From the human T2T-CHM13v2.0 reference genome, Homo sapiens: 64,000 nucleotides of DNA. The stretch lies in assembly GCF_009914755.1 (NCBI RefSeq), contig NC_060928.1; one strand, 5' to 3'. Shown piece after piece: positions 13,151-26,957 of this stretch. Every line of letters begins with the position of its first letter. Position 1 is the first letter of the stretch. The position numbers were made by a program, and so were the translations under genes. The notes below the pieces were generated by a model. The model was not told the origin of the DNA, did no database searches, and saw nothing but the letters and a program-made list of their open reading frames with translations.

Positions 13151-14449
13151 TTGTATTGGCCAGAAAACATGGCAGCTACAGTTTTTTAAGTTGGTTAGTT
13201 ATTGCCTGGAACATTTCATGGACTATAAATATTGGTGGGCCGTGGTATCACGCTTTAAAAGTTACAAACACATATTAAGCTTCTTCTCTTGAAATCAGTG
13301 ATTCTTACTTCCATGTAATAAGCAGACTTGGCCAGGACAGGTTTCCTCTATTTGTGCCCAACCATGCCTCTCTCTTCTCCACCTCCTTTATTTCATGTAG
13401 TTCTGTGAGTAAGCTAGCTTAAGACCTGCCCCTTGACAAGCCATACAAGTTGCCCCATCTTTACCTTGTTTCTTACATGTTGCTAGCCAAAGAAAACCAA
13501 TTTTTAAGATTCCATTAAGGAGGATGAGGAATGCTAGGAGATCCACTTAAACTTGAGCACAACTCTCTTTGTTCTTCCAACCTTTAGCAACATTTTCATT
13601 GGCGATAAGAGGTAAAATATCACTCATAAAGAAAGTGGTATTTCCATTTTCTTTTTTATGATTTTCAGGAATCCTGTGAGCAGCAAGGAAAAACTGGCAA
13701 GTTTCAACAATTTTCATATGTTCTCTTTATAATATCAGCAATTTCCTTCGCACCCCAATTTCTAACAGACCCATGATAGGCATGCAGCAATTAGATCCAT
13801 GAATGCGCAGGCATGTTTGAATATTCTCAACTAACAGACAGTAAATATTCAACTATTTACAACACAAGCTATTTAAAGTATGTTGATGCTATAAATAGAT
13901 TCTTGTATGCAAAAAAAAAAAAAAAAAAAAGTTTATAACATTGCCCTAAAATGGAGCAAAGCAGATTTTTTAAAAAATCAAAGAAATAAGTATGCTGTCT
14001 TGGCCAGATTTTCTAAAATGTTAGAGAGAATTAGGGGTTACAGAAGAACAAAGAACCAACCATGAAAATCAAATTATACTGGTGGGGTAAAAAGAAAATA
14101 CACATCTGAGGAAACAGATGTAGCAATATATAGAAACATTCAAACTTAGATTCTTGAGAGTAATATATAAAATATGTAAGATACATGCATATAAATGATA
14201 TGTTATATCAGAAAGAAAGACAAAACCTACAAAAGTTTAGGCTTTTGAAATTGTTATATGATAATAATATTTTTATATTATGACAAATCAAATAATTTTT
14301 ATTTTATATTCTACTACAAAACAGAAGGTGTTTTCTGTTGATGTTGGTGAATGGCTTACTGTTAATAAATGTCAGGAAGGAAATTAGTGTCATCTCCTAT
14401 TTCATTGCCTTTTTTATCTTCAAGGAAAACATTTGTTGGAATGGGAAGT

Positions 14450-17400
14450 ATAAGGAGAACAACGATCAGAGGAAATTAAAACTGGGATATGTGGCCCTAT
14501 CAGAAGAGGACACTATAGGCTTTTATTAGTGGCTTCCAAACGCTAGCCTGCAGACTGACTACAGAAGAAGGCTGAAAATGGGTACAGATGCTCAAAGAGG
14601 AAGAAACATTGTTTAAAAATCCAGAGGAAAGATTTTTGTTTGCCTAGGTCAAAGGACAGCAAGAAGGCCACTGGAACTAGAAATATAAGCCAGTATAAGC
14701 TGGTGTGAGAGAAACAAAAAATGCAGGTGGAAAGGTAGACAGGGAGCAGCTCATGCAGGAACAAACATGGTTTATAATAAGGACACTTTTTTAATTCTCA
14801 GTGCATTGAGAAGCCAATGAAGAATTATGAGCAAAACATGCGTTTTAATATTAACAAAGTTTAAAAACTTTTATTATAGGGCAAAAGAAGATGAACAAAA
14901 TTTATTGTCTAATCCAATAAATTAATGTCAGCTTAACATTAATTTGCTAAGATGGCAGCAGTGAAGATAGTGAGAGCTTGACAGCCTAGATATATTTTAT
15001 AAGTGTAACCAAAAGAATTTAGGATAAATAGGATATGGAGGGTGAAGAAAAGAAAGAGCTCAAGGAATATTCCTAGACATCTGGCATAGCACTTAGGTAA
15101 CTGGTGGTGCCGTTTTCTGAAATGAGAAAATCTGAGAAATGAGTATGTTTGGCGGGGGAGGGTGGGGAAAGTGAGAAGACAGAATTCTATTTTGGATGTA
15201 TTTTCAAAGAATTCTATTTAGGACATATTAAATTTGATATGCCTGTTAGACAACAAAGCAGAGATGTCAAGTAGACAATGAGGCATACACGTCCAAAGTG
15301 CAGGGAGAGTTTCAGGCTGGAGCTGAAAATTGGGAAGGTCATCACAAAGGATATACTTTAGAGCCACGGGACCAGAGGAGATAATCTCAGGGATGGGTTC
15401 AGGTGAGAACTTCAAGAAGGTTGGGGAACGAACCTTGGGCGCTCCAACATGTATAGATTAGGTGAGCAAAGGAAAAGAACAGAAACTGCCAGAAAAATGG
15501 GAGCACTGGAAATCATACAAGGTAGGTATTCCAAGAGCAGGAGGGAGTAATCAATTGTATTAAGTACTTTGAACTCATGACATAAAATGAGAAATGAGAA
15601 TTAATCATTGGACTTAAAAGATAAATGACCTTGTCAAGGGTATTTTAGTGGAGCGTAGAGGTGAAAGCTGATTCAAATGAAGGGACAAATAGAAAATGAG
15701 GAATGGAAAACTGTTTTGAAAAAATCACAGTAAAAGAAAGTAGAAAAAAAAAGGTAATACAGGCAAGGGCATAGGGCCAAAAAGAAGTGAGTATTTTTTT
15801 CTTTATTAATGAGTGCTTTTGTAGTATTTTGGATGCAAATAAAAATGCTTCAGTAGCAAGAAAAATATTCATTAACCTATACTGCAGATTTTAGTTTCCA
15901 AAAGTGACTGTAATAATATTTCCTATCCCATGTGTTTTTCTACAATGGGACCTTGACACTTTTCTCATCAAGAAGGGTGGTTGATGTTCCTTCCCCTCAA
16001 ATCTGGCAGTTTTTGACTAGCTTATAATCAGCAGAATAGTTGCTCTGTGAAACATCTTTCTGTTCTGTGGCTAGGACAGAAAAGGAAATGAAACTTACTC
16101 CTGGATCACTGGAACACTCCCACTGAACCCTTAAATTGCTTCGTAAGCATTCTGACTGCCCTGAAACTCTGCGCTGTGAGGAAGCCCGAAGCAACCAATG
16201 CAGAGATGCTACAGAGAGAAGTTTTGAGATTCTGTTTAGTGAGATAAACAATAGCCATTCCCCAACTGCTCCTGACTTGCTCCTCCATTGGTTCTAGCCC
16301 AACAACGATCTGAATACATCACATAAGGGATACTGGGCCAGAGAACACCTGATCCAATGACCCATACTAGATAAGAAAATGCTTGTTTTAAGATACAAGT
16401 TTTAGGATAATTTGTTAAGCAGCAATAATACTTAAAGAAAGGGGAAAATTGCAGAATAATTTTGCTGAGTAAATCAGAAGGACTGAAATTCAATGCATAA
16501 ATGTAGAGTTTATCCACGGCAAAAAGTAGATAAGCAACAAATATATGTCCAGATGTGTAGAGCTGGCAGATTTCATGGTAAATGATGAGGTATTTGTCTT
16601 CTGGCTGCTTCTATATTCTCAAAGCTGTAAGAAAAGAGTCATTAATGCAGAGTAAAAAGATGAAAGAGATGTGAAAATAGGAAAGAGGAGAAGATGGGAA
16701 ATCATGTTTTGAAAGAGTAAGAGGGTGACCTGATTAGAGAAATGGAGTAGCATAGCCAGGCAGTCTTGAGGAAACACAGGAGGTTTGTGATTATGATTTT
16801 TAAATGAACCAGTTGGTACATTTGTGTGTTTCCCTCTTGCTGTGTTTGGCTGCAAAGTTGCAGGTATGGCTAAAGAAGGGCTTACCTAGTGTTGGTATTT
16901 TACTTTATCAGGCAATATGGAGAACAAGAGAGGCAAGGGAGCTGAAATGAATTCAAGGAACTGCTACGGCAAAACAAGGCAATGTAATCTGGATAAGAAG
17001 AGATTTTCAGGGTTATCCTGCATGGTTAAAAAGGTGGCATAGAGTTAAAAAATGTGTAAGGTACTATGAAATAGGCAAGCTAGAAGTATTTGATGGTCAG
17101 AGAGTGGAATTCCTGAAATTGAGGTTTTGTGGAAATTGGTAATGAAGAAGTTCAGGGAATGACATAGGGATGCATGGTTGAGGATATGAGGAGGGCATAA
17201 TAATTGGGGTTAAAGGCAGTCAAGCAATTGAGGGTCCATGATTTTAGACAAGGGGTCTCAATGACTGTTTAAGATACTAAGAAAAATAACATGCATAGTG
17301 AAATCAATCGCTAAATCTCCAGGGAATGGCAAGATATAACAGGGAGTTTGCAATATGAATATCCAAGAAGCACACAGGGAGCTGTTGTCATGTTCCTCAA

Positions 17401-17800
17401 ATAATCTGAGGGTTTCGACAAAAAGCGGGACAGATGGTGGTCTGGGCAAAACAATGAGAAACACGGAGGACATCTAGTCCACCTCTGATACCCATGGTAC
17501 ATGAAATATAGAAGAAAAACCTGTCACAATTCAAAGAGCTATATCTAAAAGGTACCTGAGCTTATTTTAGAGCAAAAGGTGATTACATATTACGAGAAAA
17601 AGATACAGGAGATTTTGTAGACAATACAGTAAAGGGTGTGGGCAAATAGGGAAGGGAGAAAAATTGATTCCGATTAAGGAACACACAGCCATGTGGAGCT
17701 GTAACCATGGTGAATGCCCCAGGAGGCTTGAACCTGAGTTTGTGATCAAGGTAAGACATAATGAAATCAGTCCTGATGGTTTCTCGCAGAATGTAGAGAG
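14450..17800 (-). mobile_element. L2 LINE remnant, interrupted by an MLT1 LTR
   Basis: Purine-rich L2 antisense motifs such as GAGATGTCAAGTAGACAATG...GGGAGAGTTTCAGGCTGGAG...GGTCATCA. Boundaries approximate. Confidence 0.7.
15883..16435 (+). mobile_element. MLT1 (F/G/H-type) solo LTR
   Basis: Contains GTGAGGAAGCCCGAAGC and the 3' end TGTTTTAAG...AAGTTTTAGGATAATTTGTTAAGCAGCAATA. Confidence 0.75.
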
Positions 17801-20094
17801 TCAACTTGATTTATAGTCTCTTTCTTATGATTTGTCTCTTAAACATTGTATAATGTTAAGAAGAGACGAGGTGGGACAGGTGATGAGGATAGTGAGTGAC
17901 AGTCTTACCAAGTGCGTATGGATTTGCGGGGGTTTCCCAAAATCTTACTCTGGTCATTGTCAATGATGTGAAGACACGATCTTACCAGAATCACAAAGAC
18001 TTCCTTGGGATTGCATTAAATCTTATTGCAAGTTCTATTGTGACAATATGAGGAACAATCTTACCATGGCCAAAGGGAGCCTTGGGCCTAAAAGGAGTTA
18101 CACATAAGAGAGTCAAGACCATGGGCAGAAAATATAAGCCTTGTATAGAAAAGTTATTTCTGTTTCTGAAGAATGACAAAATAAGTAAGGAATGAACAGT
18201 TAAAGATGTCTAGAAATTTTAATGTTAAGATATGAAAATTCTGAGACTCAGACAACCTTAGAAAAGTACTGATTAATAATGCCTATCACAATGTAGGAAA
18301 TGAATATAAATTTGATGGATTAAATAATTGTTTGGAATTGCTGTGCTGTATGCAATGGAAAGATAAAGGAAAGGTATGTATGTATTGCTAAGTATCCTGG
18401 AGAGTTAGGCATGAAAGTGTAGATGGCAGGGATTATGTCTTCTCTGATCCTCCTGATGTACCCACCCAAGGCCATAGCATGAAAGTTCCTAAAATTTTAT
18501 ATTAGAAAAGGAAAATGTAGTAATTAACATTCTATGTTTATACCTTTAATGGGACTATAAATGTGATATTGCTTTCCAGCTCCTGGCTTCATCCAAGTTG
18601 GAACCCATTTACTATATATTTTTACTCAAGATATGTCATTTGATAGTCTAGAATATGTGCTCCCTGAGGTCAGGAAAGATATCTTATTCACCTTTGTATC
18701 CCCAGCTAGTATTGCAGCATCTAATATCTAATACACACACAGAGATATTGACTAGAAATGCAACTACACATACGTATTTGTGACACCTTCTAGGAGAATA
18801 ATGCATGTTTATAATTTGATAAAACTAGACTATTAAAAACTTTGCCATTTTTATATTGTCAAGATTCTAGTACTTTTCTACTTGTTATATATATGTATAT
18901 ACTCTCTCTCTCTATATATATATATTTTTTTTTTAATGAAAAAACATCTCATTTAGCTGCCAACCTAAGACCAGTGGTAGTAATTACAGCTTGCATGCTC
19001 ACCCACTGTAATGGCAAAAAACTTATGTGAAGGAAAAATGGTATTGCTGGTGTTCTTAAAAAATAAAAACCTATTGTATTGCAAGATTTTAATGCCCAGG
19101 TGTTACCTAATGTGTTGTAAATATGTATAGCAGACAATTTCAGAAGAAGTTATTTCATTTCCATGGTAACATCAGGGCCACAATGGCGGGTGCTGGTTAA
19201 AAATGGATTCTTTTCATTAAAATCACATAACACGAGGGGGCAATTAACAGACCGAAGGGAAGGCCTAATGAATTTAACAAAAATACAATAAAGCTGTCCC
19301 TCTATTTTTACTGTAAACATTTAGGAAGCAAGACTACAAATAAAATGCTTGATAGATTCCAGCCTATTTCAAGAGACAATTCTACAATTATTTGATTTCA
19401 AATGTTATATAAAATATTTCATGATTTCCTGACCAGACTGAATAGGAAAAGAAAGAACAGACAAACCTAAAAAGGTTTGTTTTGATTGTTGAAATCACTT
19501 AAACTCCATCTAGTATACAAAATTGTGAATCTTAATCACTGTTCAGTAGAAGAAAACTAGGAAAGTCAAAAAGGCTAATTAAAATTTACATAAGTCCAAT
19601 ATAAGATTAATAAGTAAAACCACAAAACATATATTTTCTCCACTCAACTGGGGCTGCTACTGGTCAAGATTGAAAGAATTCTTTTTAAAGTCATGCATTT
19701 ATTTGCCTGATACTCTGCCACTGTCTGGCACCAAAGAATATAATTCAAAGTGAAACTTGTGTCAGTCATTCAGAGGTTTTGACTACACAAGGCTAAACAT
19801 CTGCATATTTGGATGAACGCCTGGCTTTCTAATTCACTAACTGAGAGGAGATGCACCATTAGCTGTTATCCTAGGCATCAAGAAGGTTAATTCATTATGC
19901 ATATCAGGTATCAGTGTACTTGTTTGGGATACATTTATCTTATCATCTAAGATTATGTTGATTTTATTTAGATCATATCCAAATAAAGGATAATTAAACT
20001 GCTATGTGACAGGAAATAATCCACTGTTAAAGAATTCTGCAAATATAAAATTAACTGCCAGGATGACCTTCAGGGTACAGGGGAAAAGAGTACA

Positions 20095-20775
20095 GGAGCA
20101 AGAACATGAGGCCCGTATCAATCCTCTCTTAGTAAATCGCACTGTGAGTTCTGTCAAGTCATTTAAAACAGGGGTCCTCAAACCCTGGGCCATGGACTGC
20201 TACTGATGAGCGGACTGTTAGAAACTGGGCCCCACAGCAGGAAGATAAGCTGCAGACAAGCAAGTGATGCTTCATCTGTATTTACAACCACTCCCCATCA
20301 CTCACATTTACCACCTGATCTCCACCTCCTATCAAAATGGGGGTAGGGAATTAGATTCTCATAGGAGTGCAAACTCTATTATGAACTCCGTATGTGAGGG
20401 ATTTAGGTTGCATGCTCCTTATGAGAATCTAATACCTGATGATCTGTCACTGTCTCTCATCACCCCCAGATGGGACTGTCTAGTTGCAGGAAATCAAGCT
20501 CAGGGCTCCCACTGATTCTACATTATGTTGAGTTGTATAATTATTTCATTATATATTATAATATAATAATAATAGAAATAAAGCACACAATAAATGTAAT
20601 GTGCTTGAATCATCGCAACCTGCCATCCGTGGAAAAACTGTCTTCCATGAAACTGGTCCCTGTGCCAAAAATGTTGGGGACTGCTGATTTAAAGCATCTG
20701 TTTCCTCATCTACAAAATAGAATTAAAAATTCTTGATTTACATATTTCCACATATAGTTATAAGATTCATGATTA
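20095..20775 (+). mobile_element. MIR split by MER1A
   Basis: CTGTGAGTTCTGTCAAGTCATTTAA before MER1A continues as CTGTTTCCTCATCTACAAAATAG after it. Confidence 0.65.
20169..20686 (+). mobile_element. MER1A hAT-Charlie non-autonomous DNA transposon
   Basis: TIRs CAGGGGTCCTCAAAC / GTTGGGGACTGCTG. 8-bp TSD ATTTAAAA (20161-20168) / ATTTAAAG (20687-20694). Length ~520 bp. Confidence 0.92.
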
Positions 20776-20777
20776 AT

Positions 20778-20970
20778 TAGTGTTTAAGAGTTAAAGCTCT
20801 GGAATTAAGTATGCCTGATTTGAATCCTAAATATCACTAACACTGTAAATTTAGGCATGCTTCAGTTTCCTCACCTGCAAATTGCTACAAAGTCTCTAAG
20901 TATTAAGTGAATATACACCCTGAATGCTTAGCACAGTGCCTGGCATTCTGTAAGCAACTAAGAAATATGT
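20778..20970 (+). mobile_element. MIR
   Basis: AGTGTTTAAGAG...TTTGAATCCT...CAGTTTCCTCACCTGCAAA...GCTTAGCACAGTGCCTGGCA. Confidence 0.8.
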
Positions 20971-21721
20971 GTTTTGGAAAATCAAAGAAACATGTTCCAA
21001 GTAACTTGGAAAATGCAGAGAGCCATAGATTGTATCATTTCTTACATTTGAGATGCCAGAATGTATAAGTCATACCCTATTTTCTAAGCTCTCAGAGTTA
21101 AAATGAACAAAAACTCATTAACACCGGCATAAACAAAAGGTATATTTATATTCTTTTTTTCTTTATCTGTATGTTCCTTTCTTTTCTTTAATTATTTTAA
21201 TACCTACCCAGAGATAACCTAGAAATCCCCAGAAATCAACCCAGACTTCTACACCAAACGGATCAAACTGGAGGCCAAATTTAACCTGGAAATATGCTTC
21301 TTGTATTTCAAAGTGCTTAAAAAATATTACCCCAAAATAGAAAAATTGGAGTTTTCAAATAAAATTGTTCCCTGGCTTCACTTTAAAAAATTAGATAATC
21401 TGGGAGCCTTCAGTGCACGTACTCACATGCACGAAGCTGCTGAAATATAAGAGCAAATTCCCTTAATAGAGATTCACAAACTCTTCAGTTCTCATAGTCC
21501 TCACTTCTTATGATTTCTCTGATACCAGGACTCAGTCCAGTCACTGCTTATCATCATATGTACCCAATTATTTTCCTTATAGCAAAGAAACAGTTCCCTG
21601 TACTCATGTCTCTATCTAAAGCTGGAATAAGAAAGATCTTTAGGTTACAAGTTTCTAAAAAAAACAAAAGGGATGACAAATATTTTTGTGAATCTTAAGA
21701 CTGTTGAGACCCATTTCTTAA

Positions 21722-22070
21722 TCTTTTTATTGAAGTATAACATACATACAGAGGAGGACATAAATTATAAGTTCAATGAATATTTATTATCATAAATTAA
21801 ACCTGTGTATGTGTAACCAGCACCCAGATCAAGAAACAGAACATTATCAGCACCACAGAAGCCTGCTTTTTTGCCTCCTTCCATTCACTATTCCCCTATT
21901 CCCACAAGGGAACTGCTATCCTAATTTCTAATGCCATAGGTTTGTTTTGTCTGTTTGAACTTTACGAAAATAGAATCACACAAAAGGTACTCTTGCATGT
22001 CTGACTCCTTTTGCTTAATATCTTGTTCATGAGATTCATTCATGTGGTTATATGTAGTTATAATTTTATT
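21722..22070 (-). mobile_element. L1MD/L1ME 3' end
   Basis: TTTTTATTGAAGTATAACATACATACAG...GTAACCAGCACCCAGATCAAGAAACAGAACATT...TGAGATTCATTCATGTG. Confidence 0.8.
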
Positions 22071-24222
22071 GATGCACTTATAAGGTACAAACAAAGCTTG
22101 CCTATGACCCCTTTAACTTATGTGACCTGCTGGTCCCATTAGCCATGGACACCCTAATCTAGACGTACATTTTTCTTTAAGAAGTATCCCCCCTGCAATT
22201 CTCCTGATACCTCAAAATCCCTTGGCCTTTCTACAACAATTTAACTCCCTGACCCATGATTTAAATTTTCAAAGGGCCTTCCTTGCTCAAGCAGAGATAA
22301 AGTTATGCAGTCACCTACTGACTTAATCCTCTTTCCCATCACTAAACTCTTTCCCCTACAAGTTCCCCCTTCTTTTCAAATAAGCCTGAAATATCTTTAA
22401 TTGCCAAAAAGGGAAGTGATTTTTTTGTTCCTGCTTTCTGTGTTGCTATTTTGTCTGTTCTTGAAGAAGAGGAAGTGGTGTTCAAATATCACAGCTTCTT
22501 TGTACAACAGCCTAGAATCAATGCTTTGTAAGTAAAAGTAACTTTTTTGTGTGTATTTTGAATGATAAAATATGTTGCACCTGACATGTAGCCATCGTCA
22601 ATTACTGATATCACATCATTAATTACCCAAGATTTTTCAGAAGAAGAATAAGGCTAGTGATTCCCAACCACAAAATTATAATCTGTCCAGACATTTAATA
22701 GCTAATAACAAATCTTTTGCTTAACACACCCACACATGGTATATGAGTTATTTTTTAATGCTCCTTTGGAAAAATTAAGATATCATGATTCAAAATGTTA
22801 TTTGGGCAACAAAGAAAAAATGACTGCATTTGCCAACAACCAAGAATAATTTCACTGGGAATTCTCTACTTCATATTTTCTCTTGAGATTTTTAATAGGC
22901 TTTTAAAGAAGATTCTGAGCTGGGAACTAATCCAAGAAATAAAGAAAGCCAAGGGGAAAAAGTAATAATAATAGACAGTTGTACTTGATTGTTTCCATGG
23001 TCAGGGCCTCCTCCTGAGTGACAGATAATTCATCTTCTGTCAGTTTCCATTGCCTAGAGATCATTCTAAGTATTGTTATCAGCAAAACCTCCATAAAATG
23101 AAGGATTTTCAAACAGGAAACCAGATGTGATGGGGTCAGGCCCTGCATGTGATGGGGATATTTGGGTTAATGATGACTGATGCCATATCACATTTCATAA
23201 AGTACACACTTGCCAAATCAGGTATTTTTCCCGTCACATAGGAGCAGTTGCTAAGTTCCTTTATGGTAAAGCACCAAGGTGAATGAGGAAGGAGTGAACA
23301 CAAAAGAAAGGTGGCATAATAAAACAAAGATAATCACATTGCATATTGTATAAGATTTGCATGATAATCTGTCCTAAATGTCTGTTATTTATCTGGGAAT
23401 TCTAAAACATTTCAATTTTTTCTGTACCTACAACATACACCATGTTTTTGTTTCCTGTTTGTTTGTTTGGGGTCTACTTTTAACTTTGTTTCTCTAAATT
23501 AATATATTAATTACATTAACTGTGTCCTTACTGTAATTACTTTATCAAAATCAATGATTGAAGTGGTGAACTCTTAACTTTTTCATCACATATGTCATGA
23601 TTTGGGGAAAAAAAGTCACTCAAAATACAAATGTATTATCGAACAACACTGCCTTCTATTTGACGGTACATGTAAAGGTAGTGATTTAATTACCAATCTT
23701 GCTTTAGTAACAAGTAGGCTTTCTTTGTGTGATATTTTAATATGGGCATATATTTAGATTCTCTAAGAGGACAATTTTCAAACATGCTCAAGGGAAAAAG
23801 AGCCCTCACTATTTAATCTTAGAAATAAATCTTTGCAAAACCATTATGCTGTTGTTTTAGAGCTTGATGTTTTCAAAGGAAGGATGATAAATGTTACAAC
23901 TATCCTAAAATAGCTCTAGAAAGCTTAATAGTTATTATTATGTTGATGTATTTACAAGGACCTTAAAGCATTCATGGTTTTCTACAGCTATTGGTATATT
24001 ATCAATTTTTTCAAACTAGGAATAATATTTCACAGAGGCTTATAGTCAAAGCTGGTGTAGAAGCTTATATGGTTGATTTTACAATTCCTTTCCTATAATT
24101 AAGACGTATCTGGTGGAAAGTAATTGGAAGCAAATAGTTTTGAAAGTCTAGGTGCTAAATAAAAAGCAGAACCACTTTGTCAATGGTAGACTGGGAATTA
24201 TTGATCTAATAAATTATAAAGG

Positions 24223-24784
24223 TGTAATGGCTAATTTTATGCATCAACTTGACTGAGCCATGAAAGGCCCAGATATTTGGCTAAATATTAGCTCTGGGTT
24301 TCTCTATGAGGGTGTTTCTAGATGAGATTAGCATTTTAATCAGTAGACTGAGTAAAACAGATTGCTCTCTTCAATGTGGATTGGCATAATCTAATCTTTT
24401 GAGGGCCTGAGTAAAACAAAGATAGCCAAAGGGAGAATTTGCTCTTTTTCTCTCTGCCTGACTGTTGAACTGGGATACTGGTCTTTTTCCCTTGGACTGG
24501 GATGTGCACCATTGGCTCTCCTCATTCTCAGGACTTTAGGCTCAGCTGGAACTATACCATTAGTTCTCATGGTTTGGGCGTCTTCAGACTTGGATTGGAA
24601 ATATACCACCAGCTCTCCTGGGTCTCCAACTTGCCAAATGAAGCACATGGGACTTCTCAGCCTCATAATCATGTGAATCAATTTCTTATAATTTCTCTCT
24701 CTTTCTTCCTCTCTTCCTTTCTCTCTCATTTTTCTCACTTCAATATTTTTTGTTTGTGTTTCTCTGGAGAACCCTAACTAATCA
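24223..24784 (+). mobile_element. MLT2 (C/D-type) ERVL LTR
   Basis: TGTAATGGCTAATTTTATGCATCAACTTGACTGAGCCA...TTTCTCTGGAGAACCCTAACTAATCA. Confidence 0.85.
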
Positions 24785-26558
24785 CATTTTAGAACTAAGA
24801 AGTGAGATGCTGTTGTAACAAATACCAAAACATGTGAAAAGGCTTTGGAAGTGGGTAATGGATAGAGGCTAAAAGGGTTTTGAGGTGCATGCTAGAAATA
24901 TGAGCATTAAGGGCAACTCTGGTGAGGGTTCAGATGGAAATGAGGAACATGTTATTGGAGACTGAAGGAAAGGAGATCCATGTTATAAAGTGGCAAAATA
25001 CTTGGCTGAATTTTATTCTAGTGTTCTGTGGAAGGTAGAACTCATGAGAGATGAAACAGAATATTTAGCTGAGGAGATTTCTAAGCAAAGTGTTGAAAAA
25101 GTGGCATTGTTCCTCCTGACTGATTTTGGTAAAATGCAAGACAAGAAGAATAAATTAAAGAAGGTTAAGTAAAGAGGAACCAGAGCTTAAAGATTTGACA
25201 AATTCTCAGCCTGTCCCTATTGCAAAAGTTGAGAAACCAGGTTAGCAGGAGAATACCAAGGGTGTTGCTGACCAACCATTTGATAGGGAGATTAGCATGG
25301 GTGTGAACCACATACCCAATCAGCCATCTCAATAACACAAGCCAGAAATAGAGATGAGATTATACCATCAGAAACACTGCCAGCTGGAATTGAAAAAATA
25401 AAGAAATAAGCAGAATAAGGTCTAGTGTTCTGTAGCACTCTGGAGTGACTATAATTAACAATGATTTAATGTATGTTTTTAAATAGCTAGGAGAGCAGAT
25501 TTTGAATATTCCCAACACAAATAATTGATCAATATTTTAAGTGAGGGATATGCCAATTACCCTGATTTGATCATTACACATTGTATACATGCACAGAAAT
25601 ATCACACTGTACCCCATACATATGTATCATTATTAAGGGTCAATTAAAAATAATAAAAGAAATAGAGAAAATAAGACAGAACAAAGGCAGACCGTGAACA
25701 TGTGTTAAAGGAAAGAAGGAGCCCAGAAGTGATTTACAGATTATCAGGACTACTATTGCTACCACAGGTCCAGAGTGCCTGGGCTAGGGGGAAAAGCTGC
25801 TTTCACGTTGTTTCAAAGGGTGGAACTGCCACCCAGCAGACCCACCTGAGGGTGAGGGGGACCGTCTCAGAGAGCCAGACAGACAGCCTTCCACTGAGCT
25901 AAAGGGTACTACTGACACTAGAGGCAATACGGCCAACCCAGTGAATCTGGAGGGCAGAGCATGGAACTAAAGAGGATTATTCTTGAGCCTTAAAATATAA
26001 TGAACTGAGTAATGGATAGAAGCTGAAAAGGTTTTGAGGTGCATGCTAAAAATATGAGCATTAAGGGCAATTCTGGTGTGGGTTCAGATGGAAATTAGGA
26101 ACACGTTATTGGAGACTACAGGAAAGGAGATCCAGTTTATAAAGTGGCAAAATACTTGGCTGAATTGTATTCTAGTGTTCTGTGGAAGGTAGAACTCATG
26201 AGAGATTAAACAGAATATTTAACTGGATTCTGAACTTCCTTGGGATCTCTCATCTCTTTCTTCTGATTTACTGCTTTTGGAATGGGAATATTAGTTCTGT
26301 GCCTATCCCGCGATTGTTTCAGAAACACATAACTTGTCTGTTCTCACAGGTTCACAGCTGGAGAGAAATTTTACCTCAGGGTGAATTGTATCTCAAGTCT
26401 CACTTATATTGGATTTAGATGACATTTAAATAAGGCTTTGGACTTTAGACTTTAAAATGAATACTAGAATGAGTTAAGAATGTTGGAGCTGTTGGGATGA
26501 TTTGATTAATGTATTTTACATGCAAGAAGGCAGGAAATTTGGGGGTCTAGGGGCAGAA
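24785..26558 (+). mobile_element. MaLR internal region (MLT1A-int-like)
   Basis: GAAGTGAGATGCTGTTGTAACAAATACC...GGCTTTGGAAGTGGGTAATGG...GAGATTTCTAAGCAAAGTG. Ends in the PPT-like GGGGGTCTAGGGGCAGAA. Confidence 0.8.
25405..25660 (+). mobile_element. L1MA 3' end inserted in the MaLR internal region
   Basis: GAATAAGGTCTAGTGTTCTGTAGCAC...CCCAACACAAA...TACCCTGATTTGATCATTACACATTG...CAATTAAAAATAATAAAA. Confidence 0.85.
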
Positions 26559-26957
26559 TGTTATGGACTGAATGTTTTTTGTCCTTTCCTAAAATTCATA
26601 TGTGAAAACGCTAACTCCCAAGGTGATGATATCTGAGGTGGGGTCTTTGGGAAGTAGACTTAAATGAGGTTATGAGGGTAAGGACCCCTAATAGGATTAG
26701 TATCCTTATAAGGAGAGGAAAAGAGATCCGTAAGCTGGTCTCCCAGACTTTCTCTTTCTCTCTTTCCCCTTGCTATGTGAGGACATGAGGACAAGGTAGT
26801 TGTCTGCAAGCCAGGAAAGAGACCCTCACCAGAAACTGAATCTGTCAGCAGCTTGATCTTGGACTTCCCAGCCTCCAACTATAAAAAATAAATGTCTGTT
26901 CTTAAGCTATCCAGTCTATGGCATTTTGTTAGATAGCAAACCAATCTCACTAAGACA
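26559..26957 (+). mobile_element. MLT1A/MSTD-type MaLR LTR
   Basis: TGTTATGGACTGAATG...AAAATTCATATG...GCAAGCCAGGAAAGAGACCCTCACCAG...ACTAAGACA. Confidence 0.85.
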
